Virus record (IMG/VR): IMGVR_UViG_3300020195_000012 | Strand: one strand, 5' to 3' | Origin: an uncultured virus (IMG/VR IMGVR_UViG_3300020195_000012) | Taxonomy: Duplodnaviria; Heunggongvirae; Uroviricota; Caudoviricetes | DNA: 64,000 bases | Shown here: positions 46,816 to 54,851 of the stretch, piece after piece | Layout: each line of letters begins with the position of its first letter | Numbering within the stretch: the first letter of the stretch is position 1 | The notes under the pieces: model-generated | Database searches by the model: none | The model's input: the letters and a program-made list of their open reading frames with translations, nothing else | What the model was told of the DNA's origin: nothing | Made by a program: the position numbers and the translations under genes

Positions 46816-47400
46816 ATGGCAATATCAAGTAAAGACGATTCGTGTATGGGACTTCGGTTTGGATTCGAGAATCCAACCAATAGCCCAAAACGAAAATTCC
46901 GTTGGCTTTTTCAAATAGATGATATTAGCGCAAAAAACTCTAAAGCGAGTGAAGCAAAAGCGTTACCACACCGACGTGGAGCAAGACCTAGTCTGTCATG
47001 GAAAGAAATGGAATGTCAACACATGAATGAAACAATCTGGTTTCCAATGAAACCAGATTGGAAACCAGTTCAACTTCATTTATACGACATTCATTGTAAC
47101 TCAAATCCTGTTTTTGATTGGATTCGTTATAGTGAAAGAAATACTGGCGGCGAAGGCATATACGACCCGCAAAATGGAGTTTGGAATCCTATTCTTGATG
47201 CCGAACTAAAACGAGAAGCCACAATAAAAATGCTAGATGGATGCGGTAACGTTCTTGAAACTTGGACTTTGGAAGGATGCTATCCCCAAAACATTGAATG
47301 GGGAGAGCTTGATATGGACAACGTTGATCTCGTTACAGTAGACTTAACCTTGCGTTATGATCGCGCATTTATTGTTCCTGGTGGTGGTGGAGATTTCTAA
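46816..47400 (+). CDS. Second tail tube-like protein
   Basis: Paralogous to 46120-46746 (KRKFRW, LDGCGN.LE.WTL, GELD, LTLRY). Confidence 0.8.
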   Translation: MAISSKDDSCMGLRFGFENPTNSPKRKFRWLFQIDDISAKNSKASEAKALPHRRGARPSLSWKEMECQHMNETIWFPMKPDWKPVQLHLYDIHCNSNPVFDWIRYSERNTGGEGIYDPQNGVWNPILDAELKREATIKMLDGCGNVLETWTLEGCYPQNIEWGELDMDNVDLVTVDLTLRYDRAFIVPGGGGDF

Positions 47401-47631
47401 TCACAAGAAAAGATCAACACCTAATATCTTACGACATTCTGCCATCGTATCTTCTAACTGTTTTGTTTTCCAGTTAAGAACTCTACAAGCACCAGATTTA
47501 TTTGGTCTACCTTTTTTCGTATAACACCTTTGTTCATTATACAAAAATGCTTCTACGAACTCTGAAAATCCATTATCAATAAGTTTCTGAATCAATTCTT
47601 GACGTTCGATATTATCAACTATTTTTGGCAT
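47401..47631 (-). CDS. Small HTH-like protein
   Basis: YTKKGR.NKSGACRVL.W; GAGGAGG RBS; start taken at MPKIV. Confidence 0.55.
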   Translation of the reverse strand: MPKIVDNIERQELIQKLIDNGFSEFVEAFLYNEQRCYTKKGRPNKSGACRVLNWKTKQLEDTMAECRKILGVDLFL

Positions 47632-48070
47632 GCTTGCCTCCTCGATATAATTGTCTTGCGGAACATAACATGATAGTGGTAAAATAATTGAATGCTCTGC
47701 CACTTCCTGTGGCGAACCTATCAATTTTACTCCACGCAGCACTAACCATATCAAGCACAACGTCTTGTTTTGGTTGAAACTTAAAACCTCTTTCAAAACC
47801 CGCACCATCATAAATTCTGTTGGCTAAGACAAAGAATGCTTCGCCAACAGAATCGTGTGTAGAAAAAAATTGTTTGGTGCCAAGTCGATTAGCACAATCC
47901 AAACAATTTTTTTCATCTAAATACTTTCCAATCAAATCATCTAAATACTTACCAGAAAAGTCTTGATCCACATTTTCTCCAACATTAAGAGTGTTCTTCG
48001 TCTTTGTTTCGCCGGTATTGATTGTTGCGAGCTTTCTTGCCCTTATTACCGGAAAAGTCCACTTTTTCAC
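47615..48070 (-). CDS. gp55-like late sigma factor paralog
   Basis: GRAFNYFTTI...RQLYR shared with the adjacent gene; start uncertain. Confidence 0.6.
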   Translation of the reverse strand: MKKWTFPVIRARKLATINTGETKTKNTLNVGENVDQDFSGKYLDDLIGKYLDEKNCLDCANRLGTKQFFSTHDSVGEAFFVLANRIYDGAGFERGFKFQPKQDVVLDMVSAAWSKIDRFATGSGRAFNYFTTIMLCSARQLYRGGKHAKNS

Positions 48071-48428
48071 AAAGATGATCGTGATAACGTATTTTTAGTT
48101 CATTGTAATTTTTTGCTGTTCTGTAAAGTTGTCTATAATGATTAAGAATTATAGTAGTACAAAAATTAAACGCCCTTCCAATGTTGGGATCAAATCTGTA
48201 CAATTTCTCAAAACAAATCATAACGCCTTCTTGCAAGGCATCATCTTTGTCCACTAACTGAAATTTAAAGGCACGTATTATATTCTTCGCCAAAGTATAA
48301 AATGCTGTTGCTAATTCAAGCTGAGATTGCTCAAATTCAACTAAATTCTTCTTTTTGTTCTTCTCAGCTTTTCGATACCTGGCAATAACTGCCTCAAACA
48401 CTTTGTTATTCAAATATTCTACAGACAT
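47985..48428 (-). CDS. gp55: Late transcription sigma factor gp55-like
   Basis: YLNNK.F, LA..I, D..QEG...C.....FDP...AF.F.T.I. Confidence 0.75.
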   Translation of the reverse strand: MSVEYLNNKVFEAVIARYRKAEKNKKKNLVEFEQSQLELATAFYTLAKNIIRAFKFQLVDKDDALQEGVMICFEKLYRFDPNIGRAFNFCTTIILNHYRQLYRTAKNYNELKIRYHDHLCEKVDFSGNKGKKARNNQYRRNKDEEHS

Positions 48429-48487
48429 ATATCCCTCCAGTTATTGCCACATCCATGTTTACCAGATGTACATACTAATATAGTAGC

Positions 48488-48712
48488 ATGAATATGTTAC
48501 AATCACTCTACGTTGATTTAATATCAAATCCTTTTGCTCCAAAACCATACAGAGAATTAGCAAAGTATTACGAAAAAATTGGACAACAAGATAATGCAGA
48601 TGTGTTTTGGCATGCACTAAGCGTCAAATTTGAGAACATAAATGAACCTGACAGTACAAATCCTGACCAAGAACAATGTGTCAACATTGAAAGATTGCTT
48701 GACATCCCTTGA
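48488..48712 (+). CDS. Small TPR-like protein
   Basis: P....Y.ELA.YY...G. Confidence 0.45.
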   Translation: MNMLQSLYVDLISNPFAPKPYRELAKYYEKIGQQDNADVFWHALSVKFENINEPDSTNPDQEQCVNIERLLDIP

Positions 48713-49574
48713 ACCACTCGATGCCAAAATAATTGTTGCAGATATGGGTAGCACGGATGGCACAACAGATTTGCACCCAACAATACACGTCGACGATAAA
48801 AACTATTCAAAAATTAGAAATGACATAATAGGCAATTCAGATTGGCAAATGTGGATTGAACCATGGGAAATTCTCACATCTGGCGCAGACCAAATACTAT
48901 ACGCAATACGACAACAAGAACCTGCATATAATGTTTATACATTGCAAGGCAACATCTTGTCTAAATCAACTAGACTATGGCGAAAATCATCTGGAATACA
49001 TTTCGAAAGACCAGTATATGAAAGCCTTGAACCAGATATTGAACGACCACTCATTCAAGCAGTAATATCTGGCACCGGCTCTCGTGACCAAACAGAAATT
49101 ATGTCTTTGTTAAATTTATGGGAATCAACAAATCCACATGCTGCTGATGTTGAATATTACAAAGCATGTACATATCTGATACATGGAAGATATGATCAAT
49201 TCTTGACCCACGCGAACAATTACTTGTTTCGTGCAAACAAAGTCTCTACATCATCCATTCTTACGAATTATTACATTTCATTAATTATGCTGCATCACAA
49301 AAACAATCCATCAAAATGTATTCAACACATCACTCATTGCATTTCCTGCTATCCTACTTTGGCTGAATTCTGGTGTTTGTTGGGAGATGCTTTCGCCAAA
49401 ATGGGACAATGGCATCGCGCGAGTGGATTTTATGACAATGCTATTGTTCTTGGATCACGCAGGAAACATGATGATCAATTTCCAATAGAAATATCTAAAT
49501 ACAAAGAGTATCCAGACAAAATGCTAGAACGATGTCGCGAAGCAATAAAACAAATGCATGGAATTAAGTCTTGA
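48642..49574 (+). CDS. GT2 glycosyltransferase-like protein with TPR C-terminus
   Basis: L..CL.SL, D.GSTDGT, RN; LGD...G.W..A..FY. Confidence 0.7.
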   Translation: MNLTVQILTKNNVSTLKDCLTSLEPLDAKIIVADMGSTDGTTDLHPTIHVDDKNYSKIRNDIIGNSDWQMWIEPWEILTSGADQILYAIRQQEPAYNVYTLQGNILSKSTRLWRKSSGIHFERPVYESLEPDIERPLIQAVISGTGSRDQTEIMSLLNLWESTNPHAADVEYYKACTYLIHGRYDQFLTHANNYLFRANKVSTSSILTNYYISLIMLHHKNNPSKCIQHITHCISCYPTLAEFWCLLGDAFAKMGQWHRASGFYDNAIVLGSRRKHDDQFPIEISKYKEYPDKMLERCREAIKQMHGIKS

Positions 49575-49815
49575 CAAGTTCCCAACCAACTTCCAAACCA
49601 ACCATCACATCAGAGTTCAATGGCTCACTTGAAAGCCATGACAAACGTACTTTCATATGTTTTTTTGTAAAATCATAAGACATGCCACTAATACGAAGTG
49701 GCTGTTCTTGAGCAAGTCCTTCAAAGTCCATGCCTGGATATGGCGTAAATGGCAAATCACGCTCACATTTAATCCATTTTGTATCATTTGCCATTAAATA
49801 TAAAATTGTGTTCAT
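49564..49815 (-). CDS. Hypothetical protein
   Basis: Coupled ORF. Confidence 0.5.
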   Translation of the reverse strand: MNTILYLMANDTKWIKCERDLPFTPYPGMDFEGLAQEQPLRISGMSYDFTKKHMKVRLSWLSSEPLNSDVMVGLEVGWELVKT

Positions 49816-50177
49816 ACTAGGTAATCCAATTCATTTACGACTAAGGTTATCTCATTTTCCCAACGCGCAATTGCAATTTGTTTTCGTCCAGTACCCAATT
49901 TCCTCAATTGCTTCTCCAACTCATCTGCCTTACAATTAATGACTTTCCATTTGTTTTTAGATAACGCTTCTATTTCTTCTTTCGGCGTGATGATTGTCTT
50001 GGTTGGAAAATAGGCTTGCAATCTATCTTTATGCTCCATGATTTTTCTATAAAGATCAACATTACATGCGCAACCTGGGTTGTTCAAGAACTCCGTGAAG
50101 TCATATTCAGGGAAAAGTTCACGAAAACGTTTGTCCCAAATTGCTTGTTTGACGTCTAGAAGAGTCAGTGGCTTCAT
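49812..50177 (-). CDS. Hypothetical protein
   Basis: ATGA-coupled ORF; NPGCAC motif. Confidence 0.55.
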   Translation of the reverse strand: MKPLTLLDVKQAIWDKRFRELFPEYDFTEFLNNPGCACNVDLYRKIMEHKDRLQAYFPTKTIITPKEEIEALSKNKWKVINCKADELEKQLRKLGTGRKQIAIARWENEITLVVNELDYLV

Positions 50178-50509
50178 TGATTGTTTCCCGTGTGAGTTTG
50201 TATCCAAACGATAAAAATAGCTGCTTGAGGACTTAAATAACTACCTGCGCATCCATATATGAATGCAGACAAAGGCATCCACGATAGTCCGCAATTCAAT
50301 GGATCAACTCCCATAACACACATCAACGATCCTGTAAATAGTCCACTCCACCACCCAGAGCATTGATAACAGTTCATTAGATTGAGAAGTTTCGTTCTGA
50401 ACCACCCACCTTTTTCAAGCCAAACTTTAAAAGGATTGAAAATTGATCCATCTACAAGCGTGTGTGACATTCCAATAGTAGCCAGTATAAACATTAAAGT
50501 GTTTGTCAT
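50174..50509 (-). CDS. DUF1360-like membrane protein
   Basis: IF, L..C.QC.G.W.G and hydrophobic helices. Confidence 0.55.
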   Translation of the reverse strand: MTNTLMFILATIGMSHTLVDGSIFNPFKVWLEKGGWFRTKLLNLMNCYQCSGWWSGLFTGSLMCVMGVDPLNCGLSWMPLSAFIYGCAGSYLSPQAAIFIVWIQTHTGNNQ

Positions 50510-50511
50510 TT

Positions 50512-50871
50512 TTACCTCCAACATGATAGATACATTTGATCATCTTTTCTAGCGATACTGACATTCCAGTCATCTAACTCACATAATTTATCTTGTAAAT
50601 TTTCTTTATTGACAATTATGTTTTTTACTATACTTGAATCGATTCTTTGTAATGAAACAGGTAATCCCCAATAATCAGATATCTTGTCCAGTTGATCGTT
50701 AGAAATTATATTGATAAAGTCAAACAAAGCGTCTTTCGCCATTGATTTCATACCTGATCTCGTACCTAAAATCCACTTATTAAAAATAAATGAAAATTCT
50801 GGAAAAAGTTGTTGTACTTTATTATCGAAAAAAATCAATTCCTCAATATTTTGAAATGTTAAATTAATCAC
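50512..50871 (-). CDS. Hypothetical protein
   Basis: Clean ORF. Confidence 0.5.
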   Translation of the reverse strand: MINLTFQNIEELIFFDNKVQQLFPEFSFIFNKWILGTRSGMKSMAKDALFDFINIISNDQLDKISDYWGLPVSLQRIDSSIVKNIIVNKENLQDKLCELDDWNVSIARKDDQMYLSCWR

Positions 50872-50902
50872 TGTTATAAGTTAGTCAAAGGAGAAAATAA
50901 TT

Positions 50903-51910
50903 ATGGATTCAGAAACTTTCCGTCCCAGGAAGCCAGCCGTCGAAGAAACCAAGTCTACAGATACGGGGCTTCCACCCAATATAGACAAGCTTCCTGGCCC
51001 AGTTCAACACGCACTTAGACAAAATGCCGAACGAATGTCTGCACGTAAGACCGAAGATGAAACTCCATCACAAGGTCCACGCCTCGCTTTCACTGGCAAT
51101 GCCAAGCTTGATGAACTGTTGGCTGGAATCAAAGAACAAGTCTACAAATACGAGGAGCAAACCCTTCCTTCTCGCGGCAAGTTCTATGATGGGACTGTCG
51201 CTCCTTCCAACGGAGTAATTCACATTCGTTGCATGACGGGCGAAGAAGAACAAATCCTGGCAACTCCAAGATACATCAAAAAAGGTCAAGCCATCAATAT
51301 GATCTTCAAGAACTGTGTTCGGGAATCAATCATCCCAGAAAAGTTGTTGACAATTGATAGGACTTGGTTGTTGATCTTCCTGCGTGGTATTAGTTATGGA
51401 CCAGATTACGAAGTAGAAGTTCGTTGTACAGAATGTGCAACTAAATTCCAAAGCAATCTTGACCTGGACAGTTTACTTGTCAACCCATGCCAGAACGATT
51501 TTGGACCAGAGAACCTTACGGACGTTCTTCCAAAGTCTGGATATAAGTTCTCATATCGCTTGCCAACTGGCAAAGATGAAAACATGATTCAAGAGCATCG
51601 TGACCAAAGAATTCGTAAAAATACGGATGGTGGGTCTGATGACACTTGGACGTATCGTGCTTCTCTGCTGATTTCTGATGTTGAAGGACTAACAGACAAG
51701 GATGCTTTACAAGCGTTGATTAGTAGATTGCCAATTCAGGATGTTGCATATATCCGAACTGCATTGAATGATCCACCATTTGGCGTTGATACCAAGGTGT
51801 CTATTGCGTGCCCTAATTGTTCGGAAGGTTTTCAAGTTGAGATGCCGATGGACACAAATTTTTTCTTCCCGAAGGCAAAGAGGGTCAAACACACCCTTCC
51901 CTCGTCCTGA
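50903..51910 (+). CDS. Baseplate hub / tail assembly chaperone, gp26-like
   Basis: LPS.G, MT..EE.IL, DR..L...LR.ISYG, two CxxC, ends NFF. Confidence 0.75.
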   Translation: MDSETFRPRKPAVEETKSTDTGLPPNIDKLPGPVQHALRQNAERMSARKTEDETPSQGPRLAFTGNAKLDELLAGIKEQVYKYEEQTLPSRGKFYDGTVAPSNGVIHIRCMTGEEEQILATPRYIKKGQAINMIFKNCVRESIIPEKLLTIDRTWLLIFLRGISYGPDYEVEVRCTECATKFQSNLDLDSLLVNPCQNDFGPENLTDVLPKSGYKFSYRLPTGKDENMIQEHRDQRIRKNTDGGSDDTWTYRASLLISDVEGLTDKDALQALISRLPIQDVAYIRTALNDPPFGVDTKVSIACPNCSEGFQVEMPMDTNFFFPKAKRVKHTLPSS

Positions 51911-52077
51911 AAAAGCATCTGCTTGAGGAAGAATTTTTCTATTGGTACTATTACCATAGTCCACCTTGGGAGTCACGACGATTACCAATTTATGAACGCA
52001 AATGGTTCATAAGTCGTTTCGTAGAGCAAAAAGAAAAAGAGAACCAAGAATTAGAAAGAGCAAGAAAGAAAAAGTAA
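51862..52077 (+). CDS. gp51-like C-terminal extension reached by a -1 frameshift
   Basis: Start-less -1 frame ORF (..LEEEFFYW..LPIYERKWFI..EQKEKE..) behind slippery A AAT TTT at 51856-51862. Confidence 0.65.
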   Translation, partial: FLPEGKEGQTHPSLVLKKHLLEEEFFYWYYYHSPPWESRRLPIYERKWFISRFVEQKEKENQELERARKKK

Positions 52078-52080
52078 AAT

Positions 52081-52821
52081 ATGACTAAAGAACGAAATCA
52101 AAATGCCGCCATTGGCGATACCTTGAAATTAAGGTTAATAGCTTTCAATTCTAATCTTCAGGTTGACGTAGATTCTATTGACAGGATTGAGATTTACAAA
52201 CTTGATCCTGCTAATTGCTCTGAATCTTGTAAAGATGGAAGAACTTTAGTTGAAACTATATCAGGTACGTACATAAATGCAGATTGTACTGGTTCTTACT
52301 CATACGATTTAGTGTTAGAAGGACCAAAATACACAATCGGTAAATATATCGATATTTGGTACGTAAGCCCAAGAAATGGTGATCCATTACTTGCCATCGA
52401 TAACAGATTTGAAGTATTTTCTGATCTGTGGTATTTCAGCACGATCCCTGCCGTCTACGGATTTGACTTTCAATTCCAACCTAATATGATACGTCAAGGC
52501 AGCAAAAAATGGCTGACGATCAAGATTACACCCAACATTCCACGTGCAACAGAACTTGAACGATATTATACCAATCTGGCAATATCATCAAATCTATTGA
52601 TCAACATTGAAACGAATTGTTCGCCATGCCCACCAGCAGACTCCGGACTCATCGTTGAAGACGCCGTAGTTTGTGTCCGAGACAAGGTATTTGGATTTTA
52701 TTTCTTGGATTTGAGTGAAGACGGACTTGATCTTCCATGCGGAATTTATAACGTGTGGTTCAAACTCGCTTATGCAAATAGTCTTGAAATTTCTCCTAAA
52801 ATGCAATTTCAAATTTTCTAG
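52081..52821 (+). CDS. Putative virion structural protein
   Basis: Beta-rich, Cys-containing ORF after the baseplate gene. Confidence 0.5.
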   Translation: MTKERNQNAAIGDTLKLRLIAFNSNLQVDVDSIDRIEIYKLDPANCSESCKDGRTLVETISGTYINADCTGSYSYDLVLEGPKYTIGKYIDIWYVSPRNGDPLLAIDNRFEVFSDLWYFSTIPAVYGFDFQFQPNMIRQGSKKWLTIKITPNIPRATELERYYTNLAISSNLLINIETNCSPCPPADSGLIVEDAVVCVRDKVFGFYFLDLSEDGLDLPCGIYNVWFKLAYANSLEISPKMQFQIF

Positions 52822-52869
52822 AATTATTTTTTGGTGATATTCTGTGATTGAACCAAAAAAGGACCAATA

Positions 52870-53418
52870 ATGTCAGATGACGATGATTTCTTTATTGATG
52901 ATGTTCTCGGAGATTTGAGCAAAAAAAGAACCAAGAAAAAGGTCAACAGTAAAGACAAAGGTCAACGTGGAGAACGCGGTCTGTGCGAAGTCCTTTCAGC
53001 ACGATTCCCTGATCGTAAAGGGTGGGCGAGAGTGGTTGGTTCTGGTAATGCCTGGGCACATGGCGAAATGACCGAACAAGCCAAGCAAGTCCTCACTTCA
53101 GATATCGTCTGTCCCGAAGGATTCAAGTTCTCCATTGAATGCAAATTCGGCTACAAAGATTATGACCTGTCTGCTGCTTTTGATAAACGTCTCAAGGGGT
53201 TAGATGAATTTCTTGAACAATCTGAGAAGGATGCCGCGAGAGTCAATAAAAAATCGTGGCTCTGTTGGAAGAAGCCACGACAAGGTTGGTTAGTATTTCT
53301 CAAAGATGATCCGATTGGTCCATTCAAGGTTAAACTTTATTACCATGACTGGGTCGGTGTTTCTCTTGCCGAATTACTAGCCGTTAAATCAGACGACTAC
53401 TTCTTTACGACCTTCTAG
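52870..53418 (+). CDS. Holliday junction resolvase-like PD-(D/E)XK nuclease
   Basis: NSK.KG.RGER, R..GSG, D....IECK, Q...DA. Confidence 0.75.
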   Translation: MSDDDDFFIDDVLGDLSKKRTKKKVNSKDKGQRGERGLCEVLSARFPDRKGWARVVGSGNAWAHGEMTEQAKQVLTSDIVCPEGFKFSIECKFGYKDYDLSAAFDKRLKGLDEFLEQSEKDAARVNKKSWLCWKKPRQGWLVFLKDDPIGPFKVKLYYHDWVGVSLAELLAVKSDDYFFTTF

Positions 53419-53845
53419 CTGCATTGGCTGCTGCTTGTGCCCTAAGTGCAGCAACGTGTTTGTTCGTAGAAGGCTTTTGAGTTGGTTGCGTTCCAAATTG
53501 GTTGTATAGTTGAGAATGTCCTGCCATTGGCAAGTGTACATCTGGATGTGTTTTGACAAACTTTCTAAGAATTTCAGTAACAAGTTCCGCCAAATCAGAT
53601 TCAAGTTCCGGATTATGCTTAACAACATTAATGACTGTTAGTTGAAAATCATGTAGAACATCAGGCTCAGCTTCAAAAGTCGATAAAAGACCCGTAATAT
53701 AATTATTTCCTTTAGTCATTAATTTCATTTGATTAATGACTTTGATTTGAAGAGAGTTAGCTCCACCAGCACTCAAAGTGTTCTCCACTAGATTGTTTTT
53801 AGCTTTTTGTTCTACAAAGCCTTGAAATGTCGGGAATTTTTGCAT
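53405..53845 (-). CDS. Putative internal head protein
   Basis: TFQGFVE N-terminus; TATAAATA 5 nt upstream. Confidence 0.55.
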   Translation of the reverse strand: MQKFPTFQGFVEQKAKNNLVENTLSAGGANSLQIKVINQMKLMTKGNNYITGLLSTFEAEPDVLHDFQLTVINVVKHNPELESDLAELVTEILRKFVKTHPDVHLPMAGHSQLYNQFGTQPTQKPSTNKHVAALRAQAAANAARRS

Positions 53846-53874
53846 ACCAATATTTATACTTCATAAAACAAAAA

Positions 53875-54279
53875 TCATCCAACCAACAAAGATCGATATG
53901 CATGATCTACAGTTTTTGCTTCCAATCTCTTAACAACTTCACTCAATTTCATCTTATAGGGTTTATTATGCGTAGAACACATCACGTTGCCAAAGTGATA
54001 GACAAAGTAGTGTCCGTGCTTCTTTCCCTCTGAATGCAGCCAGACGCCACTGTAGACGATATAAAGCCCATTCTCTGACAACTCCGTAAACTTGTACTCT
54101 TTCTTGTAATAAGAAAGAATGTCACAAATGTCATTAAAGTAGATTCCGCTCTTCTCCGGAGAGAAGAAACGGAACTCTTTTATCCACGTTTCGTAGTCTT
54201 CAGTTACGGTTGCGGCGTAGTGTGCGCACCTATAACCACAATCACGTGTGTTATCTGGCTGATTGAAAGGAAAATTCAT
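53875..54279 (-). CDS. Papain-fold (C39-like) peptidase
   Basis: Q.....DCG..C and GHYFV. Confidence 0.55.
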   Translation of the reverse strand: MNFPFNQPDNTRDCGYRCAHYAATVTEDYETWIKEFRFFSPEKSGIYFNDICDILSYYKKEYKFTELSENGLYIVYSGVWLHSEGKKHGHYFVYHFGNVMCSTHNKPYKMKLSEVVKRLEAKTVDHAYRSLLVG

Positions 54280-54842
54280 TTTGCTCGTCCTGCATATTCA
54301 CATTTGACAGTATCGACAAGAACACTTTCACCTTGAACCACGAAAGACGGAATCGCAATTTGCAGTCCCGTCTCTAACGTCGCTTGCTTGTATTGTGCAG
54401 CCGCCGTCGCACCCTTGATGCTTGGCTCCGTCTCTGTAACCTTGAGCGTCACCGTGGGAGGTGGAACGGCTTGAAGTGCATTGCCTTCGTAGAACGTAAC
54501 CTGAACCTCGTCATTCTCTTTGATAAACAACATCAGATCGTCCACAACTTCAAGAGAGAATGACATTTGGTCATAGGTTTCCATGTCCATAAACACATAA
54601 TCTGCGCCGTCACGGTACAGATATGACATGGTGCGAGTTTCCAAATAAGCAATTTCTGCTTTGTCTTCTGGATGAACTCTGATTTCGTTAACATACCCTG
54701 TTTTCAGATTTTTAACTGTTAACGAAAGTTTGGACGGCAAATTACCAGGAGTTCGAAGGTCACGCTCAATAACTTGAAGTAATTTGCCTCCGTCATCAAT
54801 GACGTGACCTTTACGAACATCAACAAACAACATACGACTCAT
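54276..54842 (-). CDS. efp: Translation elongation factor P
   Basis: TPGN loop, KNL.TG, YLY.DG..Y.FMD.ETY.Q, TEP..KG.T, A.LETG. Confidence 0.92.
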   Translation of the reverse strand: MSRMLFVDVRKGHVIDDGGKLLQVIERDLRTPGNLPSKLSLTVKNLKTGYVNEIRVHPEDKAEIAYLETRTMSYLYRDGADYVFMDMETYDQMSFSLEVVDDLMLFIKENDEVQVTFYEGNALQAVPPPTVTLKVTETEPSIKGATAAAQYKQATLETGLQIAIPSFVVQGESVLVDTVKCEYAGRAK

Positions 54843-54851
54843 GGCAAATTC

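Noticed and set aside
47913..47954. 24-nt-period tandem duplication
   Set aside because: Only two units, in frame (GKYLDDLI-GKYLDE); ordinary local duplication
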